From: Paraphysomonas bandaiensis
Lineage: Eukaryota; Protista; Chrysophyceae
Assembly: GCA_965644295.1 (NCBI GenBank)
Contig: CBFFRP010000150.1
Span: 434,001 to 498,000, forward strand
Direction: 5' to 3'
DNA length: 64,000 bases
Positions 24,567 to 35,033 of the stretch are shown one piece after another. The notes below the pieces were generated by a model. It was not told the DNA's origin. It searched no databases and worked only from the letters and a program-made list of their open reading frames with translations. Position numbers and translations under genes: made by a program. Numbering within the stretch: the stretch's first letter is position 1; each line of letters starts with the position of its first letter.

Positions 24567-24653
24567 CCCTCAACAAAGTCGGGCTCGCAACTCTTCGTGG
24601 TGTTCTGGGGGGATAAGTACAGGAGATATTTCTCCGGGAAACTAATGTGAGCC
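24567..24653 (+). ncRNA. Putative HDV-like ribozyme (copy 2, best P2)
   Basis: P2 GGCUCGCA/UGUGAGCC, L3 UCUUCGU, P1' GUUCUGG + GG, P4 ggaga-uauu-ucucc, J4/2 CUAA with candidate catalytic C at 24642. Confidence 0.55.
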
Positions 24654-25130
24654 ACTCATGATAGCCGAATGCTTGTGTGGTACAAGGTACATAGGACACC
24701 AATAAGTGTCACATGTGTAGATATCTTTGGGCCTTGACTAATAAAAAAGGCATCCGGATATGGGCCCACCTCAAGAGCATCCGGGACAGGGCCCACCTGA
24801 AGGGTAACCGGGGTATTGGGCTGCCTGCTGAAGTCAAGCATCCGGGATGTTCACTTTACGGACTCAAAAAGCCTTAAGTTAGAGGCGGTTGCACCTTGGT
24901 GCTTGCGGCGACGCACAAGCAGCTTTCGCAGCGTAAAATAGTAGGAGAATAAAGTTTGTACTAGTTAGTTACAGGTAGACGTCTATCTAGCTTGACTAGT
25001 TATTTCTAGCTACTCAACTGGTGCTTGTTGAGTTCTGCAATATGATGTGATATATGCTAACAATTGGTGAATGTCCAATGCTAACAGTGCTGATTCATAA
25101 TGCCTATTGCTAATAATAAGACTTTCAATA
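24567..25130 (+). mobile_element. Non-autonomous retroposon (ribozyme-headed SINE/SIDE-like), copy 2
   Basis: TSD atagggtaagatg (24554-24566) / atagggtaaggtg (25135-25147); same 5' start ccctcaacaaagtc and 3' end ataagactttcaata as copy 1. Confidence 0.85.
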
Positions 25131-25379
25131 GGGAATAGGGTAAGGTGGCTTGGATAGGGGGTACCAACATTGAATTTCCTCAATATTAAAGCTTTCTGAT
25201 TTTTTTGTATATATATCGGCTCTATCTCTTACTAAAACTACAACGGAAAAGTACACTATACCTTGTGAATTCGTATATCATACAAAATGAAAAAAGAAAA
25301 TAAACAGAGGCTATATATGACATATCATGTCAACCTAACATAGCTCTCTACACAAACATCCTACCAGTCGTGTACTCTT

Positions 25380-26813
25380 CTAGGAAGATGTAATTACATT
25401 CCACGCCCACATTTCAAATGCTTTAGCAGCAGCCAGAGCTATACTTTCATCTGATCCTTTGTGATATTTATCCACAGATCGCTTGCCCACACAAAACCCC
25501 ATCACCACAGGCTCCCCAACGCCATCTGTCATGTCTAACCATTCTACCCAATCCAGAATCATTGGGAACTCGGATCCCACATACTCACCGAGCTCATTCA
25601 TATCGCCTGCATAGCATGAAGTATCGTACCACCGGCATAGTCCCGTGACAGGCTTGGGCCACCATCTCGTCGTGTAGCGTAATATAACCTTCTCACAACA
25701 TCCCATTCGAATACGATCCAGAGACTTCATATGCATTTCTGGTAGATTTGGGGAAAATAGTATTGTTCTATTCTGAATGACAGAAATCGGTACAGTGCAT
25801 ATGCATTTATCTGCACAGATTATTTCGCCGGTTGCAGTAGTGGCAACCACCCTATTTCCAGACCAGTCGATGTGGGTTACCGGAGTACTAAGACGAACAT
25901 TTAATCCCTCCGCCTCGCTATCTAATAGTGCTACATAACCTTGCTTGATGTAATGATCTTCATTACCAACACCGAGCTCCTCCAATCCCCATACTGCAGA
26001 GGTGTCATCCAGGTCGTACCCAAGGTCAGAGTTGATGTCGCCAGCCACTGCTAAATGAGCCAAAAACTGTTCATCCCTGGGAAAACGAGATATGCTCTGC
26101 TGTAATACACCCATCAGTGGAAGGTCCACTTCCTTCCCGCCATCTGAGGAGCCACTAAAATCGTTAACAGTCACCCAGACGTGGTCGTACACACGCTCCA
26201 CAATACCACGCATGCCAGAAAGTGACCGACCATTGCTAGCAGAACATAATGCATCATGAAAACATGTAGGAACAACATCCAATTCCATTCTATTCACTGC
26301 GTGCTCCGCCATGAAGTTCGTAGGAAACTGTTGGAGCCAAGTTGCCCCCAAATCAACCTTTACTGACTTAACCGAGGAGTCTCTGCCAATATCCACAGTG
26401 TGAACACGCCCCCCAATTCGATCTCTCGCTTCCAAAACTATCACATTCTCGTTTCCGGCCAATTCTCTGAGTCGCGATGCGGCATATATTCCAGCGGCCC
26501 CGGCTCCTATCACGACGTAACTCAACGCTCCATCCGACGCTGACTCATACATCATATTGGCAGCTCTCAAGCCGCTGTACGCCGCCCCGTGCACCATAGA
26601 TGGCATATGGTCTGTACAAGCTTCGCCGGCTAGTATGAGAGCATCGGAAATGGGAGAGCCTAGCACTACACGATCACTAGGGCTGCCATTCACCCTAAGC
26701 TGAGACCATGCGCCCTGAGAGTAAGGGTTCTCGCTCCAATGGGAGACTTTCCATTCCACTGGTGTGTGCTCTTTATCATGAAAGAATTCAGTCCGTGAGG
26801 AATAAGAATGCAT
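25380..26813 (-). CDS. Flavin-containing amine oxidase, circularly permuted, intronless (477 aa from ATG 26813)
   Basis: WSENPYSQGAWS / LILAGEA / VHGAAYSGLRAA precede VVIGAGAAG..VLEARDRIGGRV..DLGATW. Confidence 0.9.
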   Translation of the reverse strand: MHSYSSRTEFFHDKEHTPVEWKVSHWSENPYSQGAWSQLRVNGSPSDRVVLGSPISDALILAGEACTDHMPSMVHGAAYSGLRAANMMYESASDGALSYVVIGAGAAGIYAASRLRELAGNENVIVLEARDRIGGRVHTVDIGRDSSVKSVKVDLGATWLQQFPTNFMAEHAVNRMELDVVPTCFHDALCSASNGRSLSGMRGIVERVYDHVWVTVNDFSGSSDGGKEVDLPLMGVLQQSISRFPRDEQFLAHLAVAGDINSDLGYDLDDTSAVWGLEELGVGNEDHYIKQGYVALLDSEAEGLNVRLSTPVTHIDWSGNRVVATTATGEIICADKCICTVPISVIQNRTILFSPNLPEMHMKSLDRIRMGCCEKVILRYTTRWWPKPVTGLCRWYDTSCYAGDMNELGEYVGSEFPMILDWVEWLDMTDGVGEPVVMGFCVGKRSVDKYHKGSDESIALAAAKAFEMWAWNVITSS

Positions 26814-26838
26814 TACAAGAATGTGAAGATGGATACAC

Positions 26839-26843
26839 GTATG

Positions 26844-26874
<31 letters not shown>

Positions 26875-26927
26875 GTATGTATGTATGTATGTATGTATGT
26901 ATGTATGTATGTATGTATGTATGTATG

Positions 26928-26958
<31 letters not shown>

Positions 26959-27329
26959 GTATGTATGTATGTATGTATGTATGTATGTATGTATGTATGT
27001 ATGTATGTATGTATGTATGTATGTATGTATGTATGTATGTATGTATGTATGTATGTATGTATGTATGTAGGTATGTATGTATGTATGTATGTATGTATGT
27101 ATGTATGTATGTATGTATGTATGTATGTATGTATGTATGTATGTATGTATGTATGTATGTATGTATGTATGTATGTATGTATGTATGTATGTATGTATGT
27201 ATGTATGTATGTATGTATGTATGTATGTATGTATGTATGTAGGTATGTAGGTATGTATGTATGTATGTATGTATGTATGTATGTATGTATGTATGTATGT
27301 ATGTATGTATGTATGTATGTATGTATGTA
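26839..27329. repeat. (TATG)n microsatellite, left arm (~490 bp)
   Basis: Direct reading; rare TAAG/TAGG variant units. Confidence 0.98.
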
Positions 27330-28913
27330 CAGTGCACTCTCGATATGATCAAGGGTCTGTACCATAGGCAAACTATTTCTCATAACGAGAGTGTTGACCA
27401 TTAGAAACCCCAGTTTTATTTTATAGAAACCATTTTTTTTGTAAAAAACCCGGTTTTGTAGAAAAAACCCAGATATTTTTTGTAAAACTCAGTTTTTGGA
27501 TATTAAAACCATGGCTTTATGCTCAAAACTCCTACCTCTATGTTTAAATATTTAAAATAGCCTTGTTATTACATCATAGGCATGCGTTGTCTGATCTTAG
27601 CTACAATAGGACAGCTGTATAACCTAGAATTACTACATAACTGCTATAGTGTAGAATTAGATCTCTGCACCGAGAAAAATTGTTGTATCGTTCGTTGTGA
27701 CGAAGATTTTGCGCGCTTCTCTAAGTAACTTCTAGTCACTTCTGAAGCGGTCTTAACAAACGTGTAGTGCCAGGTAGCAGAATTTTCACTACTACTTTCC
27801 ATAGTAAAGTCATATACAACTCGCATGGCATCATTGAATTGATTCAAAGTTACCGTAGATGAAGACGCGCGGTCTATATTTGTATCACTTTGACAATCAT
27901 CATCCACCAGCGGTATTTGCGGAGAAATAGAAAAAGATTCCAAGCGCTCCATGGCTTCCTCAATTTCAGTTTCGACTACCAATTGATCACTTTCAACATC
28001 ACACCATCACAACAGCATCTTCCAATTGTTTCATCACTGCAATACCGTTCACCTTTCCATACATCATCCAGTATATTCATACAGTCCAAGATATGTGGTT
28101 TCAAACCGTACATAATTCCTTTGCAAACAGATTAACATGAATAAAACTGTTTCGACTCTTCAACACATTGTTTAACCAACCGCTCGATGCTTTAAATAAA
28201 CTGCGCGTTTCTTCATCTTCTTTATAGATTATCTATAAAACACAATGTTTAGAATATGTATTATTTTCTTCTGGATCTTGTAGACCTTTGCATAATCCTT
28301 AGCCTTCTGCTGCAGGTACAACCAGCTCAAGCCGCATTTATCCGTCTTGTAGTTTTCTTGGCGAAATTTAATGTAGTCAACAATTTTTTTCTCAACCTCA
28401 GGAAATGAACCCTTCCGTTGCTTCTTGCGGCCTGTGCAAGTTTCTATCTTCAGTGTTCCATCATTGCAGGCTTTAATCCATTTACTTAATGCTGAAGGGC
28501 TAAATATGTTTCCCTTGTACGCAACGAATTGCTTGAGGGTTTTGAAATGACCCTCTTTATATTCTTTCACAAAATTATATTTCTGCACATCCGAGAAACT
28601 ACTCAACGATTTCTTGCGCTTGGTACCGATGCTGCATTCATCTGACATCGCTGCGTACAGCAGACGAACAAATGCAGTAATGTATGTATATGTAATGAAT
28701 GTGTTCATGATTATTGCATACAGCAGTATTGTACTCTCTGCACATATCCAACACTTTCACAAAACCCTAACCCAAAAGAGGGGTTTTTTATTAAAAACTA
28801 AGGATTTATATAAAATGGGGGTTTTCATGCTAAAAACCCCGTACCAATGCCTATTCCGTTTCCCATAACGAGAGTGTTGACCATACATCGATGATCATAT
28901 CGAGAGTGCACTG
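27330..28913 (-). mobile_element. pogo/Tigger (Tc1-mariner) DNA transposon, internally deleted
   Basis: Perfect 22-bp TIR cagtgcactctcgatatgatca, TA TSD; CENP-B-type HTH (RKGSFPEVEKKIVDYI..LQQKAK, intron, FKASSGWL) then a jump to C-terminal PHILDCMNILDDVW; DDE core absent. Confidence 0.92.
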
Positions 28914-29025
28914 TATGTATGTATGTATGTATGTATGTATGTATGTATGTATGTATGTATGTATGTATGTATGTATGTATGTATGTATGTATGTATGTAT
29001 GTATGTATGTATGTATGTATGTATG
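28914..29025. repeat. (TATG)n microsatellite, right arm
   Basis: Direct reading. Confidence 0.98.
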
Positions 29026-29117
29026 CATATTAATGTATTTTTCAATTAGCATTATATTGTCGTGTACTGGGTGGTTAGTTGTTTACGTTCGATCGACCAA
29101 CATATTTGCGATAAAGA

Positions 29118-29653
29118 ATGTCTGACGACGGCGACTACGAGGATAACCACGACAGGCGAAGCCGCAACAAGGGGAGGAGGAAAGGCAGAGGCCATGCGCA
29201 CATGGATGACGAGGATAGGTACAAGGGCCGTGGCGGTGTATTTGAAACAATTGAACAGGAATCTACTGATGGACCAGCACAATGTACGTATTTTCTTTAT
29301 GCATCTGATGTACTTATGTTATCCGCTTATAGCAATTGAGGGATGGATTGTGTTTGTGTCGAATGTTCATGAGGAAGCCCAAGAAGATGATATACTGGAT
29401 AAGTTCTCTGAATATGGTGATGTGAAGAATATTCATGTCAATCTTGATAGACGAACTGGTTTTGTTAAGGTTATCTCTTTCATTGTAAATTTAATATTAT
29501 CTTCACTCCATGAATCTGTAGGGGTATGCGTTGGTGGAATTCGAGTCGCGAGACGACGCTGCGGAAGCAATAGACAAGATGAATGGTCAGGAATTACTGG
29601 GGCAAACAGTTACTGTTGATTGGGCGTTTGTAGCACGGCCAAATAAGCGTTAG
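29118..29653 (+). CDS. RBM8A: RNA-binding protein 8A (Y14), exon junction complex; 3 exons
   Basis: GPAQ / [45 protein letters not shown] / GYALVEF..TVDWAF. Confidence 0.95.
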
Positions 29654-29842
29654 AGAGGTAGAACGATTTGTCATTGCCCTGGTATTCTTTCTCTGTGCCT
29701 GCGGTATCGCTAGTACAACTCGTCTACAAATGATTGATAATAACGCTATGTTGCATTAGTTATTTCGTCCATCTACTTCATTATTACGGTTTAGCTGCGA
29801 CGAGAGGTCACTAGAATCTCGTAGATTTTGATATATAGCAAC

Positions 29843-30500
29843 CAGGGCTGCGTATCAATTAATTGTCAATTATTTGACGCAGGTTGTAGTCAATTATAAT
29901 TGCAATTATTACTTGCTGTCTCAATTTCAACTATTGCAATTAACTGCAATTAATTGCAATTATTTAGTAGTAAAATACACTAGCTGCGAATATAGCTACC
30001 TCAACTGTCATTTCATTCCAGAGGCAACGATTCATGCGTAAAAACATAATTCTTAGCACTAAATGCTAAGGAGTCAAGCTCTTGAGCAGGCCCGTCATAA
30101 CAATCGTAGCTCAACTGAACAACCTTATTGGTTGTGCTATGCAAGTGTTTCATTCGTAACGAGTTTGCTGGTTAAGTCTTGCTCGCTTCCGCTGCCTGCT
30201 ACCATCAAACAAACGTTGCGCTGCGTCGTCATTCGGAGCTAGACTCGCACCGTCATAATCTTCTTCTTCCTCATCGAACAAATATATTTTAGTTTGATCC
30301 TTTGCCGTCCGAGTTACGGCTTCGTTGCCGAGTTACGGCTATTAGCAACTTACACACCAAATGATTGGAAGCATAGCAGACTAGAAAAGGCAGGGATGCA
30401 TAACAATTAAATTGCAAAAGTTTTTGAGCACTTTTATTGCCATTATTAGTTAAAATTTGCTTAATTATAATTGCATTTTAATTGCCAATTATTGTCTACT
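29843..30500. mobile_element. hAT-like transposon end fragments (two same-orientation ends at 29843 and 30391)
   Basis: cagggctgcgtatcaattaattg and cagggatgcataacaattaaattg, each followed by caatt-rich subterminal repeats as at 7570-7867. Confidence 0.55.
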
Positions 30501-30539
30501 TAAACTAGCTACTCATTACAAAAAAAAACATGTATAGCA

Positions 30540-31558
30540 TCTTTAACTCTTCAACAACTGAACTCAACAACTGCACTTGCATTCCACAGAAGTCTATTAA
30601 AGGGCAAGAACATAAGGGCCTCCAATCGATGAGGTGCCATGGATTTTCGCAGATTATTCATGTTTTTGCGAAAACCTTTCTACGCAATTAGTGTGCTTCA
30701 AGCAGAGGTTAGTTGGTTTGGTCTTGCGGTCGTGTGTAAAGATAGCTCACACCTACGCCAGAGAGTGCTCAATGCAGCATTGACATGGGACAAATCTTTC
30801 AGTATAGGGAGAAACCGGGCAAAAATCAAACAACGTCTTGACCTGCCCAAAGCTGCATAAACTGACTGTGGCTTTCGACTAGACTCACTCAAACACATGT
30901 GTCTAGACTGCACAAATGAAACCATCACCCAAATACGGGAGACTGCCTTTCACAGCCACAAAAACGCGCTTCAAGAGGTACTGAGAGGTCAGGGTCAACC
31001 CCACTGAACCATCAATGCGCTACAGCGGCTTTCCAGCAGGGCCTGTAGCCCCTCTTTCCCACTCACTCATACCCACTCACTCTTTCCCACGAACCCACCA
31101 CTCATACCCACAGGAACATATCACCGTCCCGCACGTAACCCTCAGGTCCTCGACAACGACGCCGTCTCCGGCAACTCTACCTATGCCTGAGGCCCAAACG
31201 GTGCACTGAGACAACGCCACATTCAACCTCTCCACCCACCTCTCAACATACACATCTAGCACTTGGAACACTCAGGACCTTAATACAGAACCCTGTACCT
31301 CAGAGTCCGGTGGAACTTCACCCCAAGGGGAGACCCCCTGGTAACACGCGCCAGTGAGTCCTGGGACACACGATCATGGCAAACCTCACAATCAACATTA
31401 AGAAGAACGGAAGTGGTCGCACCTTGGTGCTTGCGGCGACGCACAAGGAGCTTCTGTAGCATTAAATAGTAGGATAATAGAGTTTGTGCTGATTAGTTAT
31501 GGGTAGAGGTTTAAATAGTCTATCTAGCATTCAACTAGCCACTACATTTGTGCAGATT
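30540..31558 (+). mobile_element. Decayed non-LTR retrotransposon (LINE) 3' portion: ORF C-terminus with CCHC zinc knuckle plus 3' UTR
   Basis: Reading through the stop at 30858-30860 gives ...WDKSFSIGRNRAK...KAA*TDCGFRLDSLKHMCLDC (Cx2Cx8Hx4C with the first C lost); downstream is the shared tail motif at 31421. Confidence 0.65.
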
Positions 31559-32857
31559 GGTGTCTTGTTCAGTTTTTTCCTCTTCTTCATCAGTTCTGTC
31601 CAACACAAAACGTTCAAGCTGCGCCTTCTCAGGTCGATTGATAGTGTCCTCCAATCCGTTTAGGACATTCACAACAGCATTTTTGAAGGTCTCCGCATTT
31701 TTATTTCATAATTATGTCCGCATCCGCACCCAGGTGGTGGATAGTAATAGGGAATTTCTGAATTAAGGTATTGAATAAAAAGCACACTGTTCGGCCTGTT
31801 CGGCGACAAAATTGCACTTTGCTGAGGGTAATATTCCACATCACTTTATATAATAGGTTAAAACAACTAGTTAAAACAAGGCAATATCTAATATATATTT
31901 ATATCTGTTGTACCACTCTCGAAATGATGGAGTTCAAACACCTCGAGTTTTAAAAATTTGAGATCGGTTATGTACCTTCAATCAAAATATCTGTTAATTT
32001 GATGTACCCCAGCCACAGAGGGTCCTAAGGGAACAGCATCTGTACCAAATACCAAACCACATGCAGCATGCAGTATAGAATATCTGATTATTACATGAGA
32101 ACGGTAGGGTACAGATACTAGTATTATAACTATATGCTGACTAAACTGGGCTTGCTATGATGTACTACTAGTGGCGGGCAAGAGCATGCAGTATCATATG
32201 TAGCAAATGAACTCTCCAGTAAAATAATTGAAGTATTGTTGCGAAGTCCTGGTTTTCAGGTAGATCAATTGCACTCACATTTTTCTGATCTTCTACATCA
32301 AACGAAGAATGGAATACAATTTGCAGTGTTTAAAATGATCTGTTTTTGAAAGTTGGCTCGTCATTATGCTTTCCGCAAAATATATATAATATAGTCACGT
32401 TCAATGACTGCCAATGTCAGAATAGGTAAATGTCTTGTTTTTCCCAGTGCTAATATGAGCGTTCTGTTGAGCCCAATTCAGGTAGAAACGCACATTATTT
32501 GTTACATCACAGTCAAGGAAATTTCCTTGTGTGCAGCTCACAGTCATGATGCCTACGTGTGCTGGCAAGATGTAGAGGTAAGAAAATATGCACATCTGAT
32601 TGTAGTTGCTAACACAAATTAAAGCATTCATATGATTTTATGTGACCAAATAATTAATTATGAAGCGAAATGAAGTAGCTTCTACGGCCAATCATTAGCA
32701 TGGTTCACAAACCAATATAACATCAAAGGGAATTGTGATATCACGGAGAAGGGAATACTGTGCAAATAATGTGCCCATTCGGCCTCGACACTGTATGTAA
32801 TAAGATAAATGCTCTTCCGGTTGCTGCTCCCCCCTTACTATCAAAATGCTAGATTAT

Positions 32858-34364
32858 TTAGATGAAACTATCCTCGTAGTTATCGTAGTCTTCCGCCTCG
32901 TCATCGTCGTCGTCATCCATCATCGCATTGTCCATCTCTGCAGCGATTTCCATCTCCGTAAAGTCCACCCTCCAGCGCAATAGGCCACCAATTCCACCAA
33001 AACCTTTACAAAACTGTGAGCCCTCCTGAGATCTATCAGTCACGAACTCGAGGTTGGCACCGAATTTTTTGTACTCATTGGCAAGCCACTCTACAAGGGA
33101 GAGTTTATCGATAATCTCTAGTTCAACTCCCGTGACCGGGTCATGGAAATGTACGTCATTTTGTTCCTGTTCAGGGGTTAGGTGTAAAACCTTTTCTTCC
33201 TGGGTACTCGTGTTACGGACTGTCAATCGATTCACCGACAAGTTCTCCCAAACTATCAAGGTTTCAACTGCACTCATCTCTAGCGCCTGCAGGGTGTCAG
33301 AAACCATGAAGCAGTACTTCCCTGTGTCCTGATTAATTTCATCAAAGTACTTCTGAAGAAGTTTCTTCTCCTGTACCAACTTGACATTGGCAAGGGACTC
33401 GGCTGACAACTCGATCGCCTGATTAAACCCTGGGTCCATGCCGTACGAAACATCCACTGTCTTTATCACTGCTCGTGCTAACCGAGGATCAAAGTGATCC
33501 GAATTTAGCAGATCAGTCTTGAAATCAGCCGATCCCGCCATTACCAACCCCGTAACATTGACCTTGTTGTCTGAGAGGAAAAGCTGTACCGCTAATTCAG
33601 CACATTTACGTACGTAATTGTGCCTTTTCTCCATACGCAAACGAGCGAAACGCAACGCTGACTGACCACCACGTCCGTGTTTTTTTGGAAGCTCTACTGT
33701 GAATTTGTGAAGTACATCACGGGTGTTTCCCTGAAGGGTTCCAAACAAACAGCCGTTACCGTCCATAACGATGAAGCCGAACTTATCGTCATCTTCAAGA
33801 AGCTCGTTAAGTGCCTATTCATGTGTCACAACAGTTTTTAAATTCCCAACAAACTATATTACCTCAGTATGAAATTTGTTGTCACATAAGTATAAAGATG
33901 TATTAATAGGTCTGAATGGCTCAAAATCGATGTTTACTCTCTTTTCCTTGCCATCATCTGTCAGAATCGTTCCACAGTATAAAACGAGACCATTAGGAGG
34001 AACCCGATTATACAGTTTAAGCTTTTGCTGAGTAGATGTAATCGCACCAAGCACAGACAACCTATTCACACGAGACTTAATATTGGATGCGGTTCCGTAC
34101 TCGTTGGCAAGCATTGTACTAATCCGCGATATCTAACACAGTGAACACGTTACTATATGAAAATATGTCTAATGAATCATACCTGATCTCGTGGGGGGAT
34201 GATGAGTGATATCATACTCGTGCCGTTCCTAATTTATATTAGCTCAGCATAATAATGACCACGTTCACTTACCCTCTAGCAGCTTGCAAGCTCTTAATGA
34301 GCTTCTTGACTTTCCACATCTCCACCTGTCTGTCCTGGTCATCATCTCCATCCTTAGCTGACAT
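32858..34364 (-). CDS. ERF1: Eukaryotic peptide chain release factor 1 (4 exons)
   Basis: [42 protein letters not shown]. Confidence 0.98.
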
Positions 34365-35033
34365 ATTATACTCGTATTTGTTTTATAATACAATGAATAT
34401 GAATGAATAAGTTGATCTATACGCTATTTCTATATATAAACCCCTCTAATCGTCAAGGTGAAGGCAGTGCAGTGGAATATACACTCCACTCCACAGGTGG
34501 GCAGCATTCCCCTGCTGTTCTATACGGATTGGCAGGTACTTACATCAATGGCTCAAAATCAATCGTGGGATTAGTAATACCGTATTACATGCGTATTCCA
34601 GTATACTGTATATGACCCCCTACAGTGTATGTTCACAAGGAAGAATGGATGCATTTTATTGGCTGATTATGTTCTGTTTGTAGTCCACCATCTGCATTGA
34701 TACATACATATACGTACCAGAGTACAGCCAGTCTATGTATAGTATAGAGCAGTATAGTATGTGTTGTACCTATACGGTATACTGCTGTACTGTACTGCTG
34801 TACTGTATGTATGACAGGAAGGGTTCCATTATGATGTGGCAGAGAGTTCACTCCATTCCAATCTGGGACTCTGCATGGCACAGCGAATCACTGGAACCGA
34901 TAAGAACATTAATTCTGGTATTCCTGTGACTATCAGTCTCTTATTAACTGTATATAAATGAGACAGACTCATAGCATTACTTGTTATTAATTGATTACGG
35001 TATATATATATCTACGCTGGATATATCTGCGCC

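Noticed and set aside
24656-24841. Short minus-strand ORFs repeated at 24656 and 40104
   Set aside because: Antisense readings of the non-coding retroposon body; TTG starts and frames not conserved between copies
26708-27401. Long HTYI/MYVC repeat ORFs, including the apparent 196-aa N-terminal extension of the oxidase
   Set aside because: Artefact of the stop-free (TATG)n microsatellite; the ORF start lies inside the transposon end
32858-34364. Possible variant genetic code signalled by eRF1
   Set aside because: GTS, TASNIKS and YxCxxxF motifs are canonical, and genes here end in TAA, TAG and TGA
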